A DNA stretch of 36,004 nucleotides, taken from IMG/VR virus record IMGVR_UViG_3300045988_102975, positions 1 through 36,004 of that record; one strand, written 5' to 3'. Below the pieces are notes generated by a model. It saw only the letters and a list, made by a program, of their open reading frames with translations, ran no database searches and was not told the origin of the DNA. This document shows positions 15,037 to 23,430 of this stretch, piece after piece. A program made the translations under genes and the position numbers. Source of the stretch: a virus. Positions within the stretch are counted from its first letter, which is position 1. Each line of letters opens with the position of its first letter.

Positions 15037-16277
15037 TGCTATTTTCGCCGAAATACAAGCCGCTTTTCAAAGTCATGCCGGAAGTGCGTTACTTCCTTGT
15101 CAAGGGAGGGCGCGCATCCGGCAAGTCCTATGCCGTGAACACATCCCAATGCGTGAGCACGTATCGCGACCCCTATAATATCCTATTCGCACGATATACT
15201 ATGACATCTGCGGAGGTGTCTGTAATTCCGGAGTTCCGCGACAAGGTCGTGGCGCTTGAGCTTGAAAACCACTTCCGCGTGAAGGCTGCTGACATCGTCA
15301 ATCTATCGACCGGAGCTAAGATTCTGTTCAGGGGTCTGCTCGCAAGCTCCGGCAATCAGGTCGCGAAATTGAAATCATTGCAGGGCATCAAGACATTCGT
15401 GCTGGACGAGGCTCAAGAGTTGACAGACCCTGACCTCTTCGACACGATAGACTTTTCCGTCAGACTTCCAGACGCGCCGAATACCGTGGCGCTGTCGTTC
15501 AACCCTACGGACGTGCACTCCTGGATTTACGAGCGATTCTACCGGAATGTGCCGGAAGGCTTCAATGGCATCATCGGAGACGTCTGCTACATCTCCACGA
15601 CATACCTAGACAATATCCACAATCTTAATCCTTCAATAATCAAGCAGGCGCGCAAGATGGAAGCGGAAGCGCCGGAAAAGTACCGAAACATCTGGCTCGG
15701 AGAATGGGCCACGCTTTCAGAAGGCATCATATACAAGCGCTGGAAGGAAATTAGCCTGGACGACTGGCCTAAAAATCTGCCTTGCTTCTACGGCATCGAC
15801 TGGGGCTACGCCAACGACCCGACGGCGGTCGTCTGCTGTGCCTATGACATCGACACGAAGACCATCTACCTGCGCGAGGTCTGCTACCAGCCGAAGCTGC
15901 TCGCTGGGCATATCGCCCGGATCATCTACGAGGATATGGAGGCGTTTGGCGTCGACCGCGAGGCGGACATCTACTGCGACCCTGCACGACCGGAGCACAT
16001 CGGCGAGCTCCGGATGAACAACCTCTGCGCCATGCCGGCGGACAACAGAAACAAAGAAGGCCGAATATCCTATCTGCAATATTTCTCCGTCAAGTATGTT
16101 GGCGAGCACATCAAGTGGGAGAGTGACCGCTACTCGTGGAAGCCTGACCCGAAGGACCGGAGCAGATACTTGAGTGTACCACAGGACGGCAATGACCACC
16201 TCATGGACGCAATCAATTATGCGTGCGTCACGAAGCTCCGATACCTAGGGCAGACCAACCTTATCGGCGAGGGATAA
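15036..16277 (+). CDS. terL: Terminase large subunit
   Basis: 413 aa. Walker A VKGGRASGKS, Walker B-like FVLDEAQE, and a C-terminal nuclease region with DGNDHLMDAINY. Confidence 0.9.
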   Translation: MLFSPKYKPLFKVMPEVRYFLVKGGRASGKSYAVNTSQCVSTYRDPYNILFARYTMTSAEVSVIPEFRDKVVALELENHFRVKAADIVNLSTGAKILFRGLLASSGNQVAKLKSLQGIKTFVLDEAQELTDPDLFDTIDFSVRLPDAPNTVALSFNPTDVHSWIYERFYRNVPEGFNGIIGDVCYISTTYLDNIHNLNPSIIKQARKMEAEAPEKYRNIWLGEWATLSEGIIYKRWKEISLDDWPKNLPCFYGIDWGYANDPTAVVCCAYDIDTKTIYLREVCYQPKLLAGHIARIIYEDMEAFGVDREADIYCDPARPEHIGELRMNNLCAMPADNRNKEGRISYLQYFSVKYVGEHIKWESDRYSWKPDPKDRSRYLSVPQDGNDHLMDAINYACVTKLRYLGQTNLIGEG

Positions 16278-16301
16278 AAAACCCCGCTCCGAGGAGCAGG
16301 G
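16276..16301 (-). terminator. Intrinsic terminator for the leftward insert
   Basis: On the minus strand: a hairpin (CCC-T-GCTC CTCG GAGC-G-GGG, one internal mismatch) followed by TTTTTT (A6 at 16276-16281 on plus). Lies between the convergent terL and 16342-16731 genes. Confidence 0.5.
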
Positions 16302-16341
16302 CGAAAGGCTTATATCATTAAAGGGATGCGACCGCCCAGCC

Positions 16342-16731
16342 TTACAGGCGGACGCTTGCCAGTGAACTCGCGATGTCTTTCAGCGCGTGCTCGAGGGTGG
16401 CCTTCTCTGCGTCCGTGAACTCGGCACGCTTCCCGTTGACGGCAAGCCCGTTGATTCTCTGACACAGCCATGCACGTGACTTCCCGAAGTACCTCTTCGC
16501 GACATAGGCCATCGAAATTGCAGGCAGAACATGGGAAAGCCTCTCCCTCATGCTCATGTCCTTCGCCTCCGCGATCGACTCGTCAAGCTGACGAGCCATG
16601 GCCTCCGCAACCGCTTGCGGGTCCTCGGCGCATGCCGCGCTCATTTCCGCCCTGACGGAGTTTCTCTCCGCGTCTGTCTTTGCGTTGACGAACCTGGCCT
16701 TCAGTTCATCCATATAAGTCTTGTCTATCAT
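16342..16731 (-). CDS. Hypothetical protein, resembling the DUF5053-type proteins of Bacteroidota phages
   Basis: 129 aa. The AISMAYVAKRYFGKSRAWLCQRINGLAVNGKRAEFTDAE segment matches my recollection of that family. Antisense to the structural operon. Confidence 0.5.
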   Translation of the reverse strand: MIDKTYMDELKARFVNAKTDAERNSVRAEMSAACAEDPQAVAEAMARQLDESIAEAKDMSMRERLSHVLPAISMAYVAKRYFGKSRAWLCQRINGLAVNGKRAEFTDAEKATLEHALKDIASSLASVRL

Positions 16732-16750
16732 ATCGTATATTTTTTAAGAT

Positions 16751-16773
16751 CCCCACCTTGCGGTGGGGGGGGG
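16751..16773 (-). promoter_or_regulatory. Hairpin (CCCCACC-TTGC-GGTGGGG) merging into a G9 homopolymer (16765-16773)
   Basis: Seen directly. Lies in the 46-nt spacer between the two leftward genes. The loop is the GNRA tetraloop GCAA on the transcribed strand. Confidence 0.5.
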
Positions 16774-16777
16774 TGTC

Positions 16778-16933
16778 CTAGTTCTTCAGAATCTCTACCA
16801 GCTCGTCAATCCTCTCTTCTATCACCTTCAGCATCTTCCAGGTCTCGTTGCGGCCTCGAAGCTCGCCGTAGAGCTGCAGGTAGAAGAGAAGTTCCTGCTC
16901 AAGCTTGATTCTTGCTCTTGTTTTTCTTTTCAT
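16778..16933 (-). CDS. Hypothetical small basic/helical protein (51 aa)
   Basis: Internal ATG (MKRKTRARIK...) of the 16778-16987 ORF. First gene of the leftward insert. Confidence 0.4.
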   Translation of the reverse strand: MKRKTRARIKLEQELLFYLQLYGELRGRNETWKMLKVIEERIDELVEILKN

Positions 16934-17030
16934 GTTCCTTTCCTTTAATGACGATGCAAAGATAATAAACATTTGTTTATTAAACAAGGAAAATGATGAT
17001 TATTTTACGTCCGAAGAAAAAGAAAATGCA

Positions 17031-17050
17031 CAAACGTGACTATATGCACA
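17031..17050 (+). promoter_or_regulatory. Copy 1 of the 20-bp element CAAACGTGACTATATGCACA (late promoter/regulator-site candidate)
   Basis: Identical 20-mer at 19214-19233. Both are followed by AGCG...ACGGGGCTA and then a late-gene ATG. Confidence 0.5.
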
Positions 17051-17058
17051 AGCGTGGC

Positions 17059-17081
17059 AATAGCCCCAACGGGGCTATTTT
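17059..17081 (+). terminator. Leader hairpin AATAGCCCC-AAC-GGGGCTATT plus a short T run, 20 nt before the portal ATG
   Basis: 9-bp stem seen directly. The U-tract is short, so terminator function is uncertain. Confidence 0.3.
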
Positions 17082-17101
17082 GGGGTAAATTATGAAATTA
17101 T

Positions 17102-18385
17102 ATGTTCGGTCTAAGTCTTATATCAACCAAGGAAATACAAGCCCTCAGAAGCGAAATAAAAGGCTTCTACACGGAGGCCGGCGAGATTGCCGGCAATGTC
17201 TATCTTCAGGCTATCGCCAACTGCACGCGCGGGCTGGAGCTTCCGCCTATCACGGAGATGGACCGCATGACAATTAAGAAGTTCTATCAGCAGAGCGCTC
17301 CGGTGCAGGGTGTGGTGAACTACATCGCCCGCAATGTCGGCGAGGTGATGCAGTACCTGCTGCTGACGAGCAAGGCAGACGACAAGCCCGTGCAGAAGCA
17401 TTGGCTCATTGACCTGCTGGCGCGGCCTAACGACCGCTTCACTATCCGAAAGTTCGGCACGGCATGGGCGGTGAACAAACTGCTGTACGGCGACGCGTGG
17501 ATCTATGCTCCGAAGGCTGTCGGACGCAACCTAGGAACAATCAAGGAAATGTACGTTATACCATCGTGGCGAATCGGTGCGCAATGGGGGCAGGATTCGG
17601 TCTTGGAGGGCGTGAGGCTGCAAGGCTTGGCCGGAGACCAGACCATCCGGTTCTCGGACGTGTTCGAGAGCTTCGACTACAACCTTGACGACCAGAGCGC
17701 ATTCGGCACGTCACGCCTTGCGTCCGCGTATCAGTACCTGTCAATGATGCAGAGTGGCATCTTGCGCGAGGACATCGCGCTGAAGAACGGAGGCGTCACG
17801 AACATCGTAACACCTCCGCAGGACAAGCTGACCGGCATCACGCGACCGGCTGAAGGAGACCAGCTGGAACGAGACTTCAACTCAAAAGACAACTTCGGCA
17901 AGACGAAGGTGCTGCGCTTCCCTATCGACGTGAAGACGCTGGGAAACGCTCCTGTGGACTTGGCCATTCTGGAGAGCCACAAGGAAGCCGTCACGGCGCT
18001 GTGCTTCGCTTACAACATTCCGGTGGACCTCTACTACGGTCAGAGCAAGTACGAGAACGCAAAGGAGGCAAAGAAGACCATCTTCGAGATGAACGCGGTA
18101 CCGATGGCCAATGAGTTCGCCGAGGATCTTCTGAACTATTGCGGACTATCCAAGGAATTCTCGCTGGAGGTGGACACGCAGAGGATAGATGTCCTTCAGG
18201 AGAAGCCGGCAGACGCGCTTGACGCGCTCGACAAGATGAACGCATCGGTGAACGAGAAGCGCGAGGTCATGGGCTACGAACCGATACCCGAGGAATGGGC
18301 GGACAAGCCGATGATACCGATGGGCATGCAGTTCGGCAACGAGGCTGCGGACATTGACATAAACGAGCTGGCGGGTAATGCGTAG
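17102..18385 (+). CDS. Portal protein
   Basis: 427 aa, in the position between terminase and the head-morphogenesis/protease genes. Acidic C-terminus. Confidence 0.8.
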   Translation: MFGLSLISTKEIQALRSEIKGFYTEAGEIAGNVYLQAIANCTRGLELPPITEMDRMTIKKFYQQSAPVQGVVNYIARNVGEVMQYLLLTSKADDKPVQKHWLIDLLARPNDRFTIRKFGTAWAVNKLLYGDAWIYAPKAVGRNLGTIKEMYVIPSWRIGAQWGQDSVLEGVRLQGLAGDQTIRFSDVFESFDYNLDDQSAFGTSRLASAYQYLSMMQSGILREDIALKNGGVTNIVTPPQDKLTGITRPAEGDQLERDFNSKDNFGKTKVLRFPIDVKTLGNAPVDLAILESHKEAVTALCFAYNIPVDLYYGQSKYENAKEAKKTIFEMNAVPMANEFAEDLLNYCGLSKEFSLEVDTQRIDVLQEKPADALDALDKMNASVNEKREVMGYEPIPEEWADKPMIPMGMQFGNEAADIDINELAGNA

Positions 18386-19151
18386 GCGGATAAGTCCAGC
18401 AATGCGCAGACATCTTGACTATCTGCGACTGAAGGCCTTGCGTATCGCACAGGCCTACGAGTCGCGCCTCAAGCGTCTGCGGCGCGCGGAGGTTCGGCGC
18501 GTCCTCGGCTTGTGCAAGGACTACGACCCTAGCGAGTGGGCGGGCGTCATTGACACGAACCTTTCGGAGTCGTACCTGCAGCAGATCGAGCGAGGCCTGA
18601 TACTTTCCGTGGGGCTGCCGCACGCGCAGAGCGTGGTGCGCGACATGAACAGGAAAAAGGCGGAGGACAGCGAGGTGCTGAAGAGCATGTGGATGTCCTC
18701 GCTGGAGCAGTACGCCAACGAGCGCGTCGGTGACCTGATAGTGTCCGTGTCCGGCACGCTGAAGGAGAACCTCATCAAGATTCTGCAGGCCAAGATGGCC
18801 GATGGCGTCACCGGCATAGAGAAAGTGACGCTTGAGGTGTACAAGGAATACAACGAGCTGGCATTGTGGCAAGTCCGGCGGATAATTCAGACGGAGGCCA
18901 TGATAGGGCTCGGCAAGGCCGGAGACGTGGCCGCGCGCACCCTCGACGTTAAGTACACCAAGCAGTGGAGCGTCAGCGGCCTGGGAAATTCCAGGGAGAC
19001 GCACATCGAGGTGGACGGCGTGATCGTAGGACAGGACGAGCCGTTCAAGGTCGGCCGAAGCTACCTCATGTACCCGCACGATACGAGTATGGGCGCCGAA
19101 GCTGGAGAAATAATTAATTGCGCATGCGCAGTGATGCGCGTGCCGATGTGA
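18378..19151 (+). CDS. Minor head / head-morphogenesis protein (Mu F / SPP1 gp7-like)
   Basis: 257 aa. Follows the portal gene with an 8-nt overlap. C-terminal HIEVDG...GEIINCACAV resembles the conserved NCRC end of this family. Confidence 0.7.
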   Translation: MRRRISPAMRRHLDYLRLKALRIAQAYESRLKRLRRAEVRRVLGLCKDYDPSEWAGVIDTNLSESYLQQIERGLILSVGLPHAQSVVRDMNRKKAEDSEVLKSMWMSSLEQYANERVGDLIVSVSGTLKENLIKILQAKMADGVTGIEKVTLEVYKEYNELALWQVRRIIQTEAMIGLGKAGDVAARTLDVKYTKQWSVSGLGNSRETHIEVDGVIVGQDEPFKVGRSYLMYPHDTSMGAEAGEIINCACAVMRVPM

Positions 19152-19176
19152 TTCCATAACTTTGTTTTTAGTTTTT

Positions 19177-19208
19177 GGGGATTCCGTTTTTTCGGGATTC
19201 CCTTTTTT
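19177..19208 (+). terminator. Strong intrinsic terminator
   Basis: GGGGATTCCG-TTTTTT-CGGGATTCCC forms a 10-bp RNA stem (two G.U pairs), followed by TTTTTT. Confidence 0.65.
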
Positions 19209-19213
19209 CGCCG

Positions 19214-19233
19214 CAAACGTGACTATATGCACA
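19214..19233 (+). promoter_or_regulatory. Copy 2 of the 20-bp element CAAACGTGACTATATGCACA
   Basis: Identical to 17031-17050. Lies 33 nt upstream of the prohead protease ATG and just after the terminator. Confidence 0.5.
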
Positions 19234-19265
19234 TTTAAGCGCCTGCCATTCACGGGGCTAAATTC

Positions 19266-19868
19266 ATGCGTAAATCTCAATTAACAATGGCATTGCAGTA
19301 TAAATCACACGCTGGCGGCATCGAGGTGAAATCTAAAAAGGACGACGGCACGCTTTCCATCCGTGCCTACGCCCTTGCGTTCGGGAATATCGACAGCTAC
19401 GGCGACATCATCAAGACAGGCGCATGCGACAAGTGGCTCAGGTCCGAGGACAGCAAGCGCTGCGCACTCTGTTATCAACACGACATTCGCAACGTAATCG
19501 GCGTAATCACCGAGAAGGGCGTCGACGACAAGGGGCTCTGGATAGAATCAGACATCCTGCCGACACAGCAGGGCAAGGACGTCCAGATCCTGTTGCAGGC
19601 CGGAGCCATCAAGGAGTTCTCAATCGGCTACTATGCGGACACATACACCTACGGCAAGGAAGACGGCCAAGACGTGCGCTATCTGGAGGAAATCAGCATC
19701 GTCGAGGTATCGCCGGTGACACGTGCGGCCAATCCGCTGGCCACCCTCACGGACATGAAGGCTGAAGACATGGCTGGCTCGCTGGCGGCAATGCCGGAGG
19801 CGCAGCTGTCTTCACTCCACGATGCGGTCGAGGAGGAAATCGCAAAGAGAATAATATCAAAACTATAA
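19266..19868 (+). CDS. HK97-family prohead protease
   Basis: 200 aa. FGNIDSYGDIIKTGA, CYQHD and EFSIGY motifs typical of the family. Confidence 0.85.
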   Translation: MRKSQLTMALQYKSHAGGIEVKSKKDDGTLSIRAYALAFGNIDSYGDIIKTGACDKWLRSEDSKRCALCYQHDIRNVIGVITEKGVDDKGLWIESDILPTQQGKDVQILLQAGAIKEFSIGYYADTYTYGKEDGQDVRYLEEISIVEVSPVTRAANPLATLTDMKAEDMAGSLAAMPEAQLSSLHDAVEEEIAKRIISKL

Positions 19869-19883
19869 TTAAACCCTACTAAC

Positions 19884-21095
19884 ATGACAGAAATCGAAAA
19901 GAAAGCGCAGGAACTCCAGGGCAAGATGGAGGCTGCGGAGACAAAGGCTGAGAATGCAGTCAAGGAGGCTGCTGCTGCAAAAAAGAAGGCAGAGGAGACC
20001 GAGTCCAAGCTGGCAAAGGCAGAAGAGGCGCTTGAAGAGAGCAAGAAGGAGGCAGAGAACCTCGACAAGACCATCCAGGAGCAGCAGAAGGCTATTGAGG
20101 ACCTCGGCAAGAAACTGAAGGAGAGGGGCGAAAAGTCCTTCGACATCGTTCTCCGTGAGTTTATGGATGAGCACAAGGAGGAAATGGAGACATTCGTCAA
20201 GAGCAAGACCTACGGCGGTCTTTCATTCAAACTTGCGACCGCAAACATCACCAACACATCGCTGGCAGTACAGCTGGACCCGAACATCCACTCTGACAAG
20301 CTGGCCGCCAATGCGTTCCTCACCACCTTCCCGAGAATCACCAGAACCGGCAACTCCATCGAGTGGCTTGAAGGTTCTGACACTGACCAGACTGACTACG
20401 TGGGAGAGTTCGAGGAGGCGACCAAAGCAAACAGCTACGCCGTGTCCGGAAAGACGCGCAAGTTCGCCAAGATCGGCTCGTTCATCGAGGTATCGTCCGA
20501 GGTTGCGGACTGGTTCAATGCCGTCTACCAGTGGGCACGTACTCGCGGAATCGCTCGCATCCTCCGCAAGGCGGACGAGCTCATCTGGAAGGGAGACGGA
20601 GAGGACGCTGCCAAGCCGTTGCACGTCTACGGCCTCAAGACTTCCGGCAGCACAGCATTCGCCGCTACCGGCGCAAAGTATGAGAATGCGACCATCGCGG
20701 ACGTCATTCTCGACGCAATCGCACAGGCAAAGGCAAACGGCTACTCTGCCAACGTGGCTATCGTGCCGACAGCAATCGAGGCCCAGATTCGCGGCCTGAA
20801 GGACAAGAACGGAAACTACCTCTTCAATCAGGTGACCGGCATGTTCGGACAGGTCCGCGTCATTACTTCCGACCAGCTCGCAGCAACCGAGATTCTCGTT
20901 GCCGACACCTCATGCGTCGAGGTTATCGACCGCGGAGACTACGAGATGGAACTCGAAAGGGTCGCAGGCAAGGACGGATGGAGAGTCTGGCTGCGCAAGT
21001 CCTTCCAGGTTAAGGTTCCCGGACCGGAGAAGAAGGGCATCATCTACGTTGCTAACGCAACCACCGCGATTGCAGCGATTGCACCAGCAGCCTAA
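19884..21095 (+). CDS. Major capsid protein (HK97 fold) with an N-terminal coiled-coil scaffold-like domain
   Basis: 403 aa. Lys/Glu/Ala coiled coil for about 90 aa, then a capsid-like body. Directly follows the protease gene. Confidence 0.85.
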   Translation: MTEIEKKAQELQGKMEAAETKAENAVKEAAAAKKKAEETESKLAKAEEALEESKKEAENLDKTIQEQQKAIEDLGKKLKERGEKSFDIVLREFMDEHKEEMETFVKSKTYGGLSFKLATANITNTSLAVQLDPNIHSDKLAANAFLTTFPRITRTGNSIEWLEGSDTDQTDYVGEFEEATKANSYAVSGKTRKFAKIGSFIEVSSEVADWFNAVYQWARTRGIARILRKADELIWKGDGEDAAKPLHVYGLKTSGSTAFAATGAKYENATIADVILDAIAQAKANGYSANVAIVPTAIEAQIRGLKDKNGNYLFNQVTGMFGQVRVITSDQLAATEILVADTSCVEVIDRGDYEMELERVAGKDGWRVWLRKSFQVKVPGPEKKGIIYVANATTAIAAIAPAA

Positions 21096-21271
21096 TGCCT
21101 GCTGAAATCAAACGGCCGGAAAAGCCGCACATTCCAAAGGTCGGAGAGGTCGTCGTGTGTGAGGTGGTAAAACCGCACGACGGCATTCCTTCCGGAGAAC
21201 GGCGAAAGGTCCGCGTGGACGCGGTCGTGAAGTATATGATCAAGGAAGGCTTCTGGAAGATAATTGGATAA
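21095..21271 (+). CDS. Hypothetical small protein (58 aa, below the ORF-track cutoff)
   Basis: My own translation is MPAEIKRPEKPHIPKVGEVVVCEVVKPHDG... The ATG overlaps the capsid TAA stop. Confidence 0.4.
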   Translation: MPAEIKRPEKPHIPKVGEVVVCEVVKPHDGIPSGERRKVRVDAVVKYMIKEGFWKIIG

Positions 21272-21276
21272 ATCAC

Positions 21277-21729
21277 ATGCTCATAGTCAAGAAAGTAATA
21301 GACGACAGACGCTCATATCTGCTTCCGCAACTCAAGAGGTATGCGGGAGCAGTTGACGATACGCAGGATGCAATATTGCAGCGGATGCTTACTACTGCTG
21401 CCCTGGAGATTCAGGAGCACGCGGACGTCAGCATCCTGCCGTGCGAGCTGGAGCTGCACGTGGACAGGAACACGTCACGCGACATCCGGCTCTACCAGAC
21501 GCCTGCGGAGGTGTTGTCCGTGACTTCCGCTGACGGAGCAGGCGTAGATTACACCACGGACGGCAGATACGTGCGCACAGCGGGCGTTTTGCCGTCTCTC
21601 GTGGTCAATTACACCACTGAGCCGAGAGAGGCCGAATACGGGCGCCTTTTGCCGCTTGTGTTCCAATATGCGACTGCCCTGTACGACGGGCAGACTGACG
21701 AACTAATCAAGATTATAGCGCAATGTTAA
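21277..21729 (+). CDS. Head-tail connector (gp6-like) protein
   Basis: 150 aa. Assigned from position and the N-terminal DDTQDAILQRMLTTAALEIQEHA pattern. Confidence 0.55.
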   Translation: MLIVKKVIDDRRSYLLPQLKRYAGAVDDTQDAILQRMLTTAALEIQEHADVSILPCELELHVDRNTSRDIRLYQTPAEVLSVTSADGAGVDYTTDGRYVRTAGVLPSLVVNYTTEPREAEYGRLLPLVFQYATALYDGQTDELIKIIAQC

Positions 21730-22061
21730 GACAACCGAGAAACGCGAGGACATACACGCAGCCTATCGAGCTGCTGTTTGCTGAACCGCACACGGACGAA
21801 TACGGGCATGCCAGCCTCGGCGAGCCGCGCGTGGTGCTCCGCGTTTTCGCGTCGGTCCAACAGATGAGCGCAACGAAGTCGATGATGACGTTCCAGCAGG
21901 CAGACGTCGTGGGCGTGGACATCGAGATGCGGTGGACGGCGGCCAAGTTCAACGGCATACGCTGGCAAGGCCACGACATCGTGTTCTCGCAGCCGGAAAA
22001 CGTGGGCATGCGCAACCGGATAATGCGCATATCAGGATATTACCAAGTCGACAACCCCTGA
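21723..22061 (+). CDS. Head-closure / head-tail adaptor protein
   Basis: 112 aa. Assigned from position and sequence pattern (...VFASVQQMSATKSMMTFQQADVVGVDIEMRW). Confidence 0.55.
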   Translation: MLRQPRNARTYTQPIELLFAEPHTDEYGHASLGEPRVVLRVFASVQQMSATKSMMTFQQADVVGVDIEMRWTAAKFNGIRWQGHDIVFSQPENVGMRNRIMRISGYYQVDNP

Positions 22062-22073
22062 CGCGGAGGAGCC

Positions 22074-22583
22074 ATGGAGCAGGACGGATTCATTGTCGAG
22101 AATTTTCCGGAGCTGAAAAAGGCCTTCGGGAAGCACACGGCTGAAGTCAGGAGGGTGTGCGACGAGGCTCTGTCAAAGGGCGCGATGTCCATCATATCCG
22201 AGGCTCAGCATAACCTGCGGATGAACGGCACGAACACCACAGGACTGCTTTCCAACAGCGGACGCGCGGAGAAGATGGGCAGTTGTGACTATCAGGCGGG
22301 CTTCTTCTCCGAGGAACAGGGCAGAGGCTATGCCGAGTACGTGGAGAACGGGCGCAAGGCAGGCAAGATGCCGCCGAAGATACTGACGGCATGGGTACGG
22401 AAGAAGCTCCGGATCCCCAAGGAGAAGCAGGCGGCCTCCGTCGCTTTCTTGATAGCGAGGAAAATCGCGAAGAAGGGCACGAAGGCTCAGCCGTTCTTCG
22501 GTCCGGCAGTAGCTTCGCAGCAGAAGGTCATATACAACGAAATAAAGACGGCATTAACGAAGATAATCAACAGGGGCAAATGA
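22074..22583 (+). CDS. HK97 gp10-family neck/tail component
   Basis: 169 aa. AQHNLRMNGTNTTGLLSNS and YAEYVENG motifs. Confidence 0.6.
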   Translation: MEQDGFIVENFPELKKAFGKHTAEVRRVCDEALSKGAMSIISEAQHNLRMNGTNTTGLLSNSGRAEKMGSCDYQAGFFSEEQGRGYAEYVENGRKAGKMPPKILTAWVRKKLRIPKEKQAASVAFLIARKIAKKGTKAQPFFGPAVASQQKVIYNEIKTALTKIINRGK

Positions 22584-22975
22584 TAGACATCAACAAGGGC
22601 ATACAGGCATGTGACGAGCTTTTCCGTCACCTGACAAGAGCGATGCAGCGTAAGGGCGTATTTGTCGGCAGCACCGCCGGCTATCCGCGTGCGGAGATTG
22701 CGTCAATCAACGAGCAGAGCGGCATCGACAAGGGCGGTGACGTGCGTCAGATACTCGTGTCCATTGACTCGATGTCGAGCAGGAGCCTCGGCGAGGCGCT
22801 GGCAATCAGTCAGAGGAATCTGGACCTCATCAAGGAGGCAGAAGACACTACTGACAACTTCCGCATTCTGGGCGTGACCGAAAGCACCGCGCAGACAATG
22901 GAAGACATGACGGAGACACAAGTCGTCCTCTATCGCGTGATAACAAACATAACTTTTTATTTGGCAGCTAAATAA
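22580..22975 (+). CDS. Putative tail-completion / neck protein (assigned by position)
   Basis: ATGA overlap with the upstream stop codon. Uses the internal ATG of the 22391-22975 ORF. Confidence 0.4.
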   Translation: MIDINKGIQACDELFRHLTRAMQRKGVFVGSTAGYPRAEIASINEQSGIDKGGDVRQILVSIDSMSSRSLGEALAISQRNLDLIKEAEDTTDNFRILGVTESTAQTMEDMTETQVVLYRVITNITFYLAAK

Positions 22976-22983
22976 GGAAAATC

Positions 22984-23430
22984 ATGGCAAAACTTGGAAA
23001 CGTGAGGAAATTCTACCTCACAACAGGCAAAACTGCTGGAACCTTCACCTGGCTGAAGGGCGAGCAGAACAACGGCTTCAACCGCACAGCTGAAGCAATC
23101 GAAGTAAGTGATAAGCAAAACAGATGGGCACAATTCCTTTCTGGAAAGTTGGGAGCGACCGCGTCTGTAACAGTCTTCACTGATGACGCGGCAAGCGAGA
23201 TGCAACATAAAATTATCAGTTCGCTTCACAATGGACAATCGGTGTTCGGCTTCATCGGCGAGCTTTCGGGCGATACAGGCAGCGCAACACCTACCGAGGG
23301 GGATCTCTTTGAGGCAATCATCACAGGAATCTCCGACACCAACGACTATGGATCTGTCGCGTCTCGCTCAATAGACCTGACGGTCACAGGAGAACCAACA
23401 CACTATCCAACCATATCGGCAGAAGTATGA
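22984..23430 (+). CDS. Major tail protein
   Basis: 148 aa. Lies directly before the chaperone and tape-measure genes. Beta-rich sequence KFYLTTGKTAGTFTWLKGEQNNGFNRTAEAIEVSDK. Confidence 0.65.
   Translation: MAKLGNVRKFYLTTGKTAGTFTWLKGEQNNGFNRTAEAIEVSDKQNRWAQFLSGKLGATASVTVFTDDAASEMQHKIISSLHNGQSVFGFIGELSGDTGSATPTEGDLFEAIITGISDTNDYGSVASRSIDLTVTGEPTHYPTISAEV

Noticed and set aside
18267-19280. 337-aa minus-strand ORF, the longest antisense ORF in the window.
   Set aside because: It lies entirely antisense to the portal 3' end and the MuF-like gene. The sequence is Arg/His/Leu/Pro-rich with no protein-like pattern. Such open antisense frames are expected in GC-rich coding DNA.
19679-20206. 175-aa and 101-aa minus-strand ORFs antisense to the capsid N-terminus.
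   Set aside because: They are Ser/Ala/Phe/Leu-rich low-complexity reflections of the Lys/Glu/Ala coiled-coil coding region.
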